A DNA stretch of 64,000 bases from Bradymonadia bacterium. GTDB taxonomy: Bacteria; Myxococcota_A; Bradymonadia; UBA7976; UBA1532. Below the pieces are notes generated by a model that was not told the DNA's origin, ran no database searches, and saw only the letters and a program-made list of their open reading frames with translations. The position numbers and the translations under genes are program-made. The DNA lies in assembly GCA_046290225.1 (NCBI GenBank), contig JBKAGE010000038.1, positions 32,001-96,000 of the forward strand, read 5' to 3'. Numbering within the stretch: position 1 is the stretch's first letter; the number at the start of each line of letters is the position of its first letter. Positions 31,149 to 40,319 of this stretch are shown piece after piece.

Positions 31149-31670
31149 TCAGTCCACGCTCACCGAGCAGTGGCCCTTGTTGCCCACGTCACCCACGGGG
31201 CGGCTCTTGGGGTTGTTCTTGTCTTTGAGGCCCACGTAGAGGGTGCCGTTCTCCGGGACGAGGATCGTCTTGTTGCCCGGAACGTCGACGGGGCACGCGT
31301 TCCCTGCCTCGGACACGACGTACGCCTTGCAGCGCTGGGTGTCCTGACCCATACGGGTGGCGATGCACTTGGGGGTCCACTTGACCTTGGACTTCAAGGT
31401 GCGGCGGCCCTTGGCGGAGCTCTTGAGCACATCACCGCCATCGTAGATGCAGACAGTGACCTTGTCGGCGGTGCAGTTCACCACCTTGATCTCCGCCTTC
31501 CTCTCCTTGAACTTGTTGGCCGTCTTCTTGGTCTTCTTCCAGGCACCCTTGACGCCCTTGTTCTTCTTCTTGGCCTCGGCCTGATGCACCGGGGTGCTCA
31601 CGACGACTGTGGCTGTGAAGGCAGAGAGCGCCAGGGGCAGCCAGTTGATGCGTCGGGTGAGCTTGGACAT
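31149..31670 (-). CDS. Small secreted Lys-rich, Cys-containing hypothetical protein
   Basis: ATG 31670 follows a GGAG RBS. Signal peptide ends AEA. The mature part is very basic with 6 Cys. Confidence 0.75.
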   Translation of the reverse strand: MSKLTRRINWLPLALSAFTATVVVSTPVHQAEAKKKNKGVKGAWKKTKKTANKFKERKAEIKVVNCTADKVTVCIYDGGDVLKSSAKGRRTLKSKVKWTPKCIATRMGQDTQRCKAYVVSEAGNACPVDVPGNKTILVPENGTLYVGLKDKNNPKSRPVGDVGNKGHCSVSVD

Positions 31671-31776
31671 GTTCAATCTCCTGATGGGGCCGGGTTGAAT
31701 GACGGGCAGATGCCTCGCGGTTCGACGTGAATTCCGTCTGTACGCGGGCACCACACGCAACAACGACTGAATTCAT

Positions 31777-32862
31777 TCAATCGGGCAGAATATTTTTCGG
31801 CAGCTCCCCTGACTGCCCCCAATTCAGGTCGCAGATGATGGGCACATGGTCAAAGAAGACCGCCTCGGTGACCGGCGGTGGACCTCCGGGTAGGCCTGCG
31901 GCAACACAGGCCCCCTCCAGCCCACGGGCGAGCACGTGATCGATGTTGAACAGGCCTGCGTAGGTGGGTTCGACGTCGCGCCCGACCTCGGAAATGAAAC
32001 GCAGCCCCCCTTCACCCTCCACAGCGCTCACCCATCGACCTGCGCTCTCGTCCACCCCGGCAGCCCGGCCAGGATCGGTGTTCAAGTCACCGAGGATCAC
32101 CACCGGCCCTTCTCCAGCGAGCGTCAGCGCTTGCTCCACTTGAGCGCGCCGGCACTGGATCGACTCGGCCTCGAAGCCCGAGGTGCCATGTACGGAGACC
32201 ACTGTGAGCGCTCTGCCGTCGACGAGCTGCAACACACCCGATGCCACACGGGCACCACGACCGCACCCATCGACCCCTTCACCCGTGAGCCCCTCGAGGC
32301 AGAGTGCGCCTTCACACCCTGCCCACATGCCCAAACGCCTGTGCACGCCAACGCACTTGTCAGGCTTTCCCGGGTGGCAGGCCACCTGCCATCCATCACC
32401 GAGGACCCTCTGAGCCACGGTGGGCTGATCAGGCGACCAGCCATCACACACGAAGCCCCCATGATGCTCCGAGGGGACCTCGGCACAGTCTCCGGGGTGA
32501 AAGATCTCCTGAAACGCCACCAAGTCGGGCTGCAGGTCGGCCATGAAGGCAGCAGCCTCATTCACCCGCTCCATCCAGGCGAGGCCATTGCCGTACCATG
32601 TGTCGGTCAGCTCGGCCTCCGCCGGGCCATAACCGTCTTCGGGGGGGCCGTCGTGATCGAGCTCAGGCGCAGAGCCAGTGTTGAACGTCACCACTGTGAA
32701 GCTCAGCGTCTCAGGCGGAGCCATATCGAAGACCGACTCGTCCATCAGACCGGCGTCGAGCATGTATGCGTCCACAGGCTCCGGTGTGCCGCCTGTACGC
32801 TCAGCATCTTCACAGGCCGCGAGCAGCAGGGCGCCACACAGCATCTTCTGCCAATTCATCAT
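31777..32862 (-). CDS. Endonuclease/exonuclease/phosphatase (EEP) family lipoprotein
   Basis: Lipobox LAAC; TFN, DLVAFQE, SVH, GDLN, IDHV, DH.PI. Confidence 0.88.
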   Translation of the reverse strand: MMNWQKMLCGALLLAACEDAERTGGTPEPVDAYMLDAGLMDESVFDMAPPETLSFTVVTFNTGSAPELDHDGPPEDGYGPAEAELTDTWYGNGLAWMERVNEAAAFMADLQPDLVAFQEIFHPGDCAEVPSEHHGGFVCDGWSPDQPTVAQRVLGDGWQVACHPGKPDKCVGVHRRLGMWAGCEGALCLEGLTGEGVDGCGRGARVASGVLQLVDGRALTVVSVHGTSGFEAESIQCRRAQVEQALTLAGEGPVVILGDLNTDPGRAAGVDESAGRWVSAVEGEGGLRFISEVGRDVEPTYAGLFNIDHVLARGLEGACVAAGLPGGPPPVTEAVFFDHVPIICDLNWGQSGELPKNILPD

Positions 32863-32905
32863 CAGGTGAGTATGCTTCGCCATCCGTTCAAAGTGGAGCC
32901 CGCCG

Positions 32906-33568
32906 ATGCCAGCCCGCCACAACGCCCTCGCCTGTCTGCTCCTCGCCACGACCCTCGCGGGCTGTAAGGGTCAGGAGAAGCCGCCCCAGGCCACCCCTGA
33001 CAAGACTCCAGACGCAGCCGTCAAACCAGCCCCCGCTCTCGACCTCAACACCAAAGAGGACTGGGTCGGGCACTTTCAAGCTCAGGGCTGGCAGGTGAAC
33101 CACGCCTACACCAAACACCCCATCAGCAAGTACACGCTCACCGCCACCGGCAAGGCGAGCAAGGTCACCATCACGCTCTACACACTGCCCGAGGGCGATC
33201 TCACCACCCTGCGCTTCGACGGCAGAGCCTTCATCCCCTCCAGCCGCCGGGTGAAAACCCTCACAGTGGAGCAGCTCACCGCCCGGCTCACCGAGCTCGG
33301 CTGGCAGGTGGCCCCTGATCCCCAACACGAGATGGTGAAGTTCAATCAGTGGGCCCTCTATGCCACCAAAGGCAAGCAAGCCCGACTCATCAGGCAGTTC
33401 GACGACAGCTTCCACGGTGTCGTCCACGCTGCAGAAGACACCACCGAGGCCAGAGGCTTCTCAGCCCACGAGCGCTTCGCCGTCCTCGTCGATGGAGGCA
33501 AGGCAGGCTTCGGCGAAGCCAGCGCCCTGCGCAATCAACTGGCCAACTGGTGGTACAGCGCTCACTGA
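32906..33568 (+). CDS. Hypothetical lipoprotein
   Basis: Lipobox LAGC and coding-like codon bias. Confidence 0.7.
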   Translation: MPARHNALACLLLATTLAGCKGQEKPPQATPDKTPDAAVKPAPALDLNTKEDWVGHFQAQGWQVNHAYTKHPISKYTLTATGKASKVTITLYTLPEGDLTTLRFDGRAFIPSSRRVKTLTVEQLTARLTELGWQVAPDPQHEMVKFNQWALYATKGKQARLIRQFDDSFHGVVHAAEDTTEARGFSAHERFAVLVDGGKAGFGEASALRNQLANWWYSAH

Positions 33569-33688
33569 TCTCAAAAAACCATCCCCCAACCCCCAAACGA
33601 ACCTCACTCCACCCTCACAAAGCCATAACCCAGGGATGCACGTGCCCCGCGGAGTCACGGCGGCTGGCGCCGCCGGAGCGCCGGAGCT

Positions 33689-35536
33689 TCAGTAGCCTTT
33701 GATGTGGGCCCAGCCGGGCACGGAGGGGTCTGGCTCCATCTTCGCGGTGCGGAAGCCGTCGAGCTTGATGGGGAGTGAGCCTGTGAGGCCGCCCTCGAAA
33801 AGGCCGCCGATCAGGCCCTCGGGCATGGTGCGGGCCACCGCGCCGATGAGGGTGGCCAGGCGACCCTTGTCCACCTCGCCGATGGGCGTGTCGAGGATCT
33901 CAGTGAAGGCGTCGACGTCGAGCTCTGCCTTGAGAGATCCATCTTCGTTCGCCGAGAGGCCAACGTGCATGTCGAGGTGAATCACCGAGGTGAACATCGG
34001 GCGGCCGTTCGCCGAGAAGGCCAGCAGCATGTCGGACATCTGGATGCCCAGGGGCTTCTCGCCATTGCCCATCTTCACCACGGGGGGATAGAGGGAGCGC
34101 ACCTGCAGCGTCACCGGGGTGTCGGGATCGATGTTCTCGGCGCCGGGGCCCAGCGCCGACTTCAGCAGACCCACCTTCAGCTCGATGCCTGCCGAGGCGT
34201 CCCCAGGGGCGATGACGAAGTCGAGGCCCCCTGCGGACCACGCCGCGAAGAGCAGACGAGAGGTGAAGGCCTCGCTGAGGGCCAAATCCATCGAGGCACC
34301 TGCGTCGAGAGAAGCCTGAGTGCTCGGTGAAGAGAGCACGTAGCCCTGATGGCGGGGGTTCTGCGCCCGGGTGCGGCCGGAGAGCCAGAGCTGCAGACCC
34401 GCGGTGCGCACCTCCACCTCCTGGATGGCCAGGCCCATCTCCAGGACCGTGCCGAGGATGTCCATGTTCGACGACAGATCATCGGCGCCGAGGAAGGGCG
34501 GCAGCTGCACGTCGGCCATGGCCTTCTCCACCTCGTCCCGGACCATGTCCTCCACCATGCCCTGGAAGATGCCTTCGATGAAGCCCGGGGTGTTGTCCAG
34601 GTCGTAGTCGAAGTTGCGCAGGTTCACCGTGCCGCCGTTCATGTCGAGGGCCACGCCGCCGGCGCCGTCGGCTTCCACAGCCACCTGAGCGTTGATCTCA
34701 AGGGTGCCGATGCGCACGACCCCGCTCACGGGGGTCACGTTCCCGAGGATGTCCATCGAGCCGGCGATGTAGAGGCTCACCCCGTTGATGCCGAGGCGAA
34801 TGTTGAGGTGGCCCTCAGCGGGGAACAGCTGAGCGGTCATGTTGCCGTAATTCGCTCGGGTCACTTGGATGTTGCCGGAGCCACCACCGGCGAGCAGGCT
34901 GTCCATGTCGAGGCCGTCGAGGCCCTCGGCCACCATGTCGTTGAGCCCTGCGAGGGAGGAGGGGCCCATCTGGACCGCCACGGCGTGCTCTACCGTGCGG
35001 CTGGGATCCTCCCGAGCGTCCACCATGAGGCCCTGACGGGTCTCCACCTCTTCACCGTCTTCGGAGACCGCCGCAGCGGTGAGGATGTTGAGACCGGGGA
35101 TCACCGCGAGCTCGACGCTGAAGCTGCCGTCGCTGCTGGTGGTCACCGGCTGACCGCCCACTGTGACCGAGCGGGCCTTGCCGCCCACCACCCGGCCGAT
35201 GGCGTGGATGATCTGCTGGTTCTCGATCCACTCCCCACGGGTGGGGGTCTCGAAGTAGATGCTGAAGCCCTGAGTGTTGCCAGGATTGGCTTCGGGCCCG
35301 GGGAGCAGCTCGTCGCCGCCTTCGCTCCCGGGGTCGACCTCATTGTCGCCGTCGCCCTTGATGTCCTGCTGCCCGGAGGTGGGCCCGGTGTAGGGCGAAA
35401 AGGCCGAGGGGGGCGGGATGTCCCCTTCAGGCTGAATCTCCCCCTCGGCGCAGCCGCCGATCGCGAAGACGTTCAACATCAAGGCACCAGTGAGCAGGGT
35501 GCTGAGGCGTCGGGCAGTGGGGGTGAGGTATCGCAT
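33689..35536 (-). CDS. Lipoprotein with an Ig-like domain and a BPI/LBP/CETP (TULIP)-like region
   Basis: Lipobox IGGC; Ig-like DGSFSVELAVIPGLNILTAAA; AVAVQMGPSSLAGL and MDLALSEAFTSRLLFAAWSAGGLDF resemble the starts of the BPI N- and C-domains. Confidence 0.6.
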   Translation of the reverse strand: MRYLTPTARRLSTLLTGALMLNVFAIGGCAEGEIQPEGDIPPPSAFSPYTGPTSGQQDIKGDGDNEVDPGSEGGDELLPGPEANPGNTQGFSIYFETPTRGEWIENQQIIHAIGRVVGGKARSVTVGGQPVTTSSDGSFSVELAVIPGLNILTAAAVSEDGEEVETRQGLMVDAREDPSRTVEHAVAVQMGPSSLAGLNDMVAEGLDGLDMDSLLAGGGSGNIQVTRANYGNMTAQLFPAEGHLNIRLGINGVSLYIAGSMDILGNVTPVSGVVRIGTLEINAQVAVEADGAGGVALDMNGGTVNLRNFDYDLDNTPGFIEGIFQGMVEDMVRDEVEKAMADVQLPPFLGADDLSSNMDILGTVLEMGLAIQEVEVRTAGLQLWLSGRTRAQNPRHQGYVLSSPSTQASLDAGASMDLALSEAFTSRLLFAAWSAGGLDFVIAPGDASAGIELKVGLLKSALGPGAENIDPDTPVTLQVRSLYPPVVKMGNGEKPLGIQMSDMLLAFSANGRPMFTSVIHLDMHVGLSANEDGSLKAELDVDAFTEILDTPIGEVDKGRLATLIGAVARTMPEGLIGGLFEGGLTGSLPIKLDGFRTAKMEPDPSVPGWAHIKGY

Positions 35537-35734
35537 GCTCAACCTCTAGAGCAAAGGCCAGGCCACACCGTCAAACGGCCTGAGCTGGTCTTTCAAGTGG
35601 GGGTTGCAGGCCCCGAGTGAGACATCCGTGTGGGACCGGGGCGTCACACCTGGAAGGCGTGAGTTCATTGGCCCTCATCACAGCTCTCGTGGCACTGTTC
35701 GGCATCGGTCATCACAGCGCTCGGGAGAAGCCTC

Positions 35735-37582
35735 ATGACGCACCCCCCCTCAAAACCCCATCGTAGAACCTTCATGAAGATGCTCGTCGTCGCTGCGGCG
35801 GCGGGGGCCTCTCCGCTCATCGGCTGTGACGATGACGATGACGGTGGCGCCAGCGGGGGTGCAGGCGGTGCAGGGGGTGAAGGCGGCATCCCTGGTGGTG
35901 CAGGCGGTGCCGGAGGCGGCGACAACCTGCCCAGCGTCGATGATGTGTTCCCTCAGGGCATCGCCTCAGGTGATCCCACTCCAGAGAGCGTAATCTTGTG
36001 GACCCGCGGTGAGATCGACGCCTTCCAGGGTGCCGAGCGCCTCAACCTCATGTATGAGGTGGCCACCGACGAGGGCTTCACCGATCTGGTGAGCAGTGGC
36101 GAGGCCACCCTCGACGCCGACACTGATCACGCCTTCCGCATGAAGGTCACAGGCCTCAGCGCCGCCACGACCTACTACTACCGCTTCCAAGTCGAGGGGG
36201 TGACCTCACCCTGGGGCCGTACGAAGACCGCCCCAGCGGCGGACGCGGACACCCCTGTGCGCTTCGCCTTCGCCAGCTGCCAGGACTACAACGGCCGCTA
36301 CTACCATGCCTGGAAGGCCCTGCTCGATGCCGATCCCGTGGACTTCGTGGTGTTCCTCGGGGACTACATCTACGAGACCTCCAACGATCCACGATTCCAG
36401 GAGGCCACCGACGAGCGACAGACCACCCTCGTAAACGGATTGCCCCTCGACGAGGACGGTATGGCCCTCGCGGCGCTGACCCTCGCGGACTACCGGGCCC
36501 TCTACAAGCAATACCGCAGCGATCCAGATCTCAAAGAGGTGCACCGCCTCTACCCCTTCGTCGCCGTGTGGGACGATCACGAGTTCGCCGACGACAGCTG
36601 GCAGGATCACGCCACCCACTTCAACGAAGCCCAGGGAGACGAGCAGAACACCGAGCGCCGCACGGCGGCGAGCCAGGCGTGGTTCGAGTACATGCCCGCG
36701 GACGTCACCCGAGACGCTTCGGCGAGCTTCCCCGACGACATGCGCATCTACCGCCGGTTGCGCTTTGGGCAGCACGTCGACCTGTTCCTCACCGATTTGC
36801 GCAGCTATCGGGCAGATCACGCCGTGGCAGAAGGCCCTGCGCAGCCCGCCACGGGCAAGCTCACCCCCAACAGCGCCATCGGGGCCCGCAACTTCCTGCT
36901 CAAAGAAGGCTTCGACCCCATCGAGGCTGAGGCAGCACCATCGATGCTCGGCGCCGAGCAGAAGGCCTGGATCATCGACGGCATCACCGGCAGCGACGCC
37001 AGCTGGAAGATCTGGGGCACCGAGGTGCAGCTGTCACAGATGCTCGTCGACCTGTCGCCTTTCGAAGGCTTGCCGGACCAGTACCGGGGGGTCTTCTACT
37101 TCAGCGTCGATCAGTGGGATGGCTACCGCACCGAGCGCGCCGAGGTGCTGCAAGCCCTCGCCGAGGTCGAAGGCTGGTTCAGCATTTGTGGCGACATCCA
37201 CGCCGCCTACGCCTGTGAGCTGAAAGTAGACTTCGATGATCCGGAGTCGGCGATCATCGCCGCGGAGTTCACCACCCCGGGCATCAGCTCTCAATCGGTG
37301 CAGGACATCACCCAGCAGACTCTCGATGGCGATCCGGTGCTCTCGGGTCTGGGCCTCGCCGAGCTGGTGCCCCGCTTCGACGAGCTGCTCACCACGGCGA
37401 GCCCCCACTACCGCATGGCGAACAGCCAGACGAACGGCGTCACGGTGATCGACATCACCGGGGCCGACAGCGTACAGGTGGAATACTTGTTGGTGGGGGA
37501 TCCCCGAGAGGTGAACTTCGACGGACAAGTAGAGCGGGTGCGCTACCGATACGACCGGGACAAGACCCTCACGGCCTTGTGA
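35735..37582 (+). CDS. phoD: Alkaline phosphatase D, Tat-exported lipoprotein
   Basis: RRTFMK Tat motif followed by a lipobox Cys; FPQGIASGDP, FASCQ, LGDYIYE, WDDHE, DQWDGY, GDIH. Confidence 0.95.
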   Translation: MTHPPSKPHRRTFMKMLVVAAAAGASPLIGCDDDDDGGASGGAGGAGGEGGIPGGAGGAGGGDNLPSVDDVFPQGIASGDPTPESVILWTRGEIDAFQGAERLNLMYEVATDEGFTDLVSSGEATLDADTDHAFRMKVTGLSAATTYYYRFQVEGVTSPWGRTKTAPAADADTPVRFAFASCQDYNGRYYHAWKALLDADPVDFVVFLGDYIYETSNDPRFQEATDERQTTLVNGLPLDEDGMALAALTLADYRALYKQYRSDPDLKEVHRLYPFVAVWDDHEFADDSWQDHATHFNEAQGDEQNTERRTAASQAWFEYMPADVTRDASASFPDDMRIYRRLRFGQHVDLFLTDLRSYRADHAVAEGPAQPATGKLTPNSAIGARNFLLKEGFDPIEAEAAPSMLGAEQKAWIIDGITGSDASWKIWGTEVQLSQMLVDLSPFEGLPDQYRGVFYFSVDQWDGYRTERAEVLQALAEVEGWFSICGDIHAAYACELKVDFDDPESAIIAAEFTTPGISSQSVQDITQQTLDGDPVLSGLGLAELVPRFDELLTTASPHYRMANSQTNGVTVIDITGADSVQVEYLLVGDPREVNFDGQVERVRYRYDRDKTLTAL

Positions 37583-37586
37583 GGGC

Positions 37587-40319
37587 TCACCAGTCGGTGC
37601 CGTCTACCCGGAGACCCGGGGAGCCGTTGTCCACGGCGCCCTCGACCTCGTCGTGGTTGATGAGCTCGGACTTCTGATCCGCGTCCGTGGCCCGGTTGAG
37701 GGCCACGCCCTCCACAGAAGCCTCGTAGACCACCGAGTCCATCTCCACGCCGAGGGCGCTGAAGAGCACCACGCGCTCATTGCTGTTGTTGAGCGACAGG
37801 CTGCCAGAGGAGGCGACGAGGTGACCGGGGACCTCTGGGTGCTCTCCACGATCGAAGATCACGATGGACTCGCCGACAGGCAGTACCTGGGGGCCGCTGA
37901 AGACGTGTCGGTTGGCGCTCACGGCGTCACCGAGGGTCCAGCCGGCGAGATCGACGTCGACCTCGCCCACGTTCACCAGCTCGATGTACTCCTGACCGCG
38001 ATCCGTGCCCACAGGGTTGGGCAACAGCTCGTTGATCATGACCGCCTGTACGGGGGGCGGCTCGATGAAGTCCTCACCAGAGGAGCGCAGGCCCGGGGAC
38101 ATGTTGCCCAGGGCCCCTTCCACCAGGGTGTGCAGCACGAACTCGGCCTCGATCTCCCCATCGCTCGCCCGGTTGAGCGAGATGCCGTCCTCGACGAGAT
38201 CGTCACCGTAGATCACCTGGTCGGCCACACCACCGGCGGCGTCGAACAGGGTGATGGTGTCACCGCCGTTGTTGAGCGACAGCGAGCCGGAGCTGCTGTT
38301 GATGGCCCCGGCGATGGCCGCGTGATCACCCTGGTCGAAGATGACCAGCACCTCTCCGGGGGCCAGCTCGGTGCCATCGAAGACGTGACGATCGGCGGCG
38401 CTTAGATCACCCAGGGACCACCCAGTGAGATCGACGCGGCCGGTGCCGGCGTTGATCAGCTCCACGTACTCCTGGCCACGATCAGTGCCCGAGGGGTTCG
38501 GGAGCAGCTCGTTGATGACCACGCGAGGCGTACCGGGCCACAGGCGGCCGTCGGCGCGCAGGCCCGGTGACATGGTCAGGCCATCGGGGGACACCAGGGT
38601 GTGCAGGGCGATGACACCGTCACCAGCGCCGTCAGGATCGCGGTTGAAGCTGATCCCCGAGCGGGCGTTGCGGTAGGCGATCTCGTCCACCACGACGCCC
38701 TCGGGGTTGCGCAGCACCACCGTCTCGGCGTTGTTGGTGAGGGCCAGCCCCCCAGAGGAGGCCACCACCCGGCTCTCGTCGCCTTCGAGGGCGCCGCCGT
38801 AGATGACCATCACCCCACCAGGCACCAGCACATCGTCGGGGCCGAAGGTGTGGCGGACCTTGAGGGCGTCGGCGAGGGTCCAGCCGTCGAGGGACTGGGC
38901 CGAAGCGCCGGGGTTGATGAGCTCCACGAACTCCTCGTCGGCGTCAGGGCCGTCGGGGTTGGGCAGCACCTCGTTGATGCGCACGGGGGTGAGCAGCTCG
39001 GCGCACGGGTCAGGGCGCTCACCGACGAGCTTGGGGTGCACCTCGGCCACCTCGAGCACCTTGCAGAACTCCTCGAGGAATGGCACGGCGAACTCCTGAC
39101 CGTGGAGTACGATCATGTTCTCGTCGTTGTACTTGGTGGCGCCGTTGGACCAGTTGTAGCTGCCTGAGATCACCACCGGATCGCTGTCGGTGCCGGCGTC
39201 GATGATCATCACCTTGTGGTGCAGCTTGCCCCCAGCGAAGCCGATGGCGTTCTTGTTGCCGTCGATGAACACGGGCACGCCGGCCTCGGCGAGGCGATCA
39301 TCCTGGGCGTACCGGCTGCGGCCTTGACTCTCGTCGAAGACACCCACCACGCGCACACCGGCCTCGTTGAGGCGCTCCATCTCCGCAGCCACCTCGTCGA
39401 GGGTGAAACTGAACACCATGAAGAGCACATTGTGATCGGCGGTGCGCAGCAGCCGGAGCATCTCGGCAGAGGTGTTGTCCTGGGGGCTGAAGAACAGTTC
39501 GACGTTGGCACCGCCAATCTCGAACTGCTGGGGCACATCGAGGATGTCCTTACGGCGGCCGAAGCTGCCTTCGTACATCTGCTGGAACTCGGCCATGTAG
39601 GCCAGAGCCAGGGCCTCGGAGTCCACCCGCAGCACGTGGTTGTTGTTGAGCATCACCCCGTTTCTCGAGAAGTTCATCGAGCCGGTGAGCACCGTGCTGG
39701 CGTCGGCCACGACGAACTTGTGGTGCATGATGCGATCGCGGGGCCGCCGGAGCACGAGATCGAGGCCCTCGGCGGCGAGGATCTCGTAGCCTTCGTCGTG
39801 GATCTCGTCGCCGTCTCCGACGAAGCGCACGTTCACCCCCCGGGCGATGGCGTCCACCACGGCGTCCACCACGTTCTGGCGGTTGAACTCGTAGAGGCAG
39901 AGGTCGAGGGAGAACTGAGCGCCGTTGATGACCTCGATGATGGCGTCGTCGGCCTCGGGATCTTCCTCAGCACCGCGCTCGGTGCCAGGGCGGGTGAAGT
40001 GCATCTCGATGAGCCCGCCAGCGGCCACGGCAGGATAGCGGCTGCTCCACGCCCCTGCGGGGCCCTCGGGCTCGACCTCGATGAGCTCCAGCTCACCCTC
40101 GGGCTCTTCACCACTCTCCGGAGATACGATGCTGAGGCCTTCTCCCGAGCCCTCTCGAGGAGACTCGTCGGGGGCCCTGACGTAAGGGCCCTGCTCAGGG
40201 GCGCCTTCAGCCTCGGGGGCCTCGGGGGCAGCGGGGGCCGCCTTGTGATCCTGCTGGTCGTCACACCCGATGCAGATCAAGGCCCCGAGGGCCGCCTGGG
40301 TGATCCATGTGCGCCTCAT
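37587..40319 (-). CDS. Lipoprotein with two phospholipase D (HKD) domains and three lamin-tail domains
   Basis: HHKFVVAD...GSMN and HHKVMIID...GSYN; three INE(V/L)LPNP..D...E(F/Y)(V/I)EL.N repeats, each ending SPG. Confidence 0.9.
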   Translation of the reverse strand: MRRTWITQAALGALICIGCDDQQDHKAAPAAPEAPEAEGAPEQGPYVRAPDESPREGSGEGLSIVSPESGEEPEGELELIEVEPEGPAGAWSSRYPAVAAGGLIEMHFTRPGTERGAEEDPEADDAIIEVINGAQFSLDLCLYEFNRQNVVDAVVDAIARGVNVRFVGDGDEIHDEGYEILAAEGLDLVLRRPRDRIMHHKFVVADASTVLTGSMNFSRNGVMLNNNHVLRVDSEALALAYMAEFQQMYEGSFGRRKDILDVPQQFEIGGANVELFFSPQDNTSAEMLRLLRTADHNVLFMVFSFTLDEVAAEMERLNEAGVRVVGVFDESQGRSRYAQDDRLAEAGVPVFIDGNKNAIGFAGGKLHHKVMIIDAGTDSDPVVISGSYNWSNGATKYNDENMIVLHGQEFAVPFLEEFCKVLEVAEVHPKLVGERPDPCAELLTPVRINEVLPNPDGPDADEEFVELINPGASAQSLDGWTLADALKVRHTFGPDDVLVPGGVMVIYGGALEGDESRVVASSGGLALTNNAETVVLRNPEGVVVDEIAYRNARSGISFNRDPDGAGDGVIALHTLVSPDGLTMSPGLRADGRLWPGTPRVVINELLPNPSGTDRGQEYVELINAGTGRVDLTGWSLGDLSAADRHVFDGTELAPGEVLVIFDQGDHAAIAGAINSSSGSLSLNNGGDTITLFDAAGGVADQVIYGDDLVEDGISLNRASDGEIEAEFVLHTLVEGALGNMSPGLRSSGEDFIEPPPVQAVMINELLPNPVGTDRGQEYIELVNVGEVDVDLAGWTLGDAVSANRHVFSGPQVLPVGESIVIFDRGEHPEVPGHLVASSGSLSLNNSNERVVLFSALGVEMDSVVYEASVEGVALNRATDADQKSELINHDEVEGAVDNGSPGLRVDGTDW

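Noticed and set aside
33569..33632. C/A-rich, G-poor tract between convergent genes (possible rut site or G-quadruplex on the minus strand)
   Set aside because: It is short, its G-runs have long loops, and I cannot distinguish it from low-complexity spacer.
35640..35700. Possible Pho box or sigma54 site upstream of phoD
   Set aside because: The TCAT/TCAC words are not at an 11-nt period with consensus flanks, and TGGCAC lacks a correctly placed TTGC.
37587..40319. PLD-nuclease defence gene
   Set aside because: A lipoprotein signal and lamin-tail domains indicate export. No helicase or methylase partner is present.
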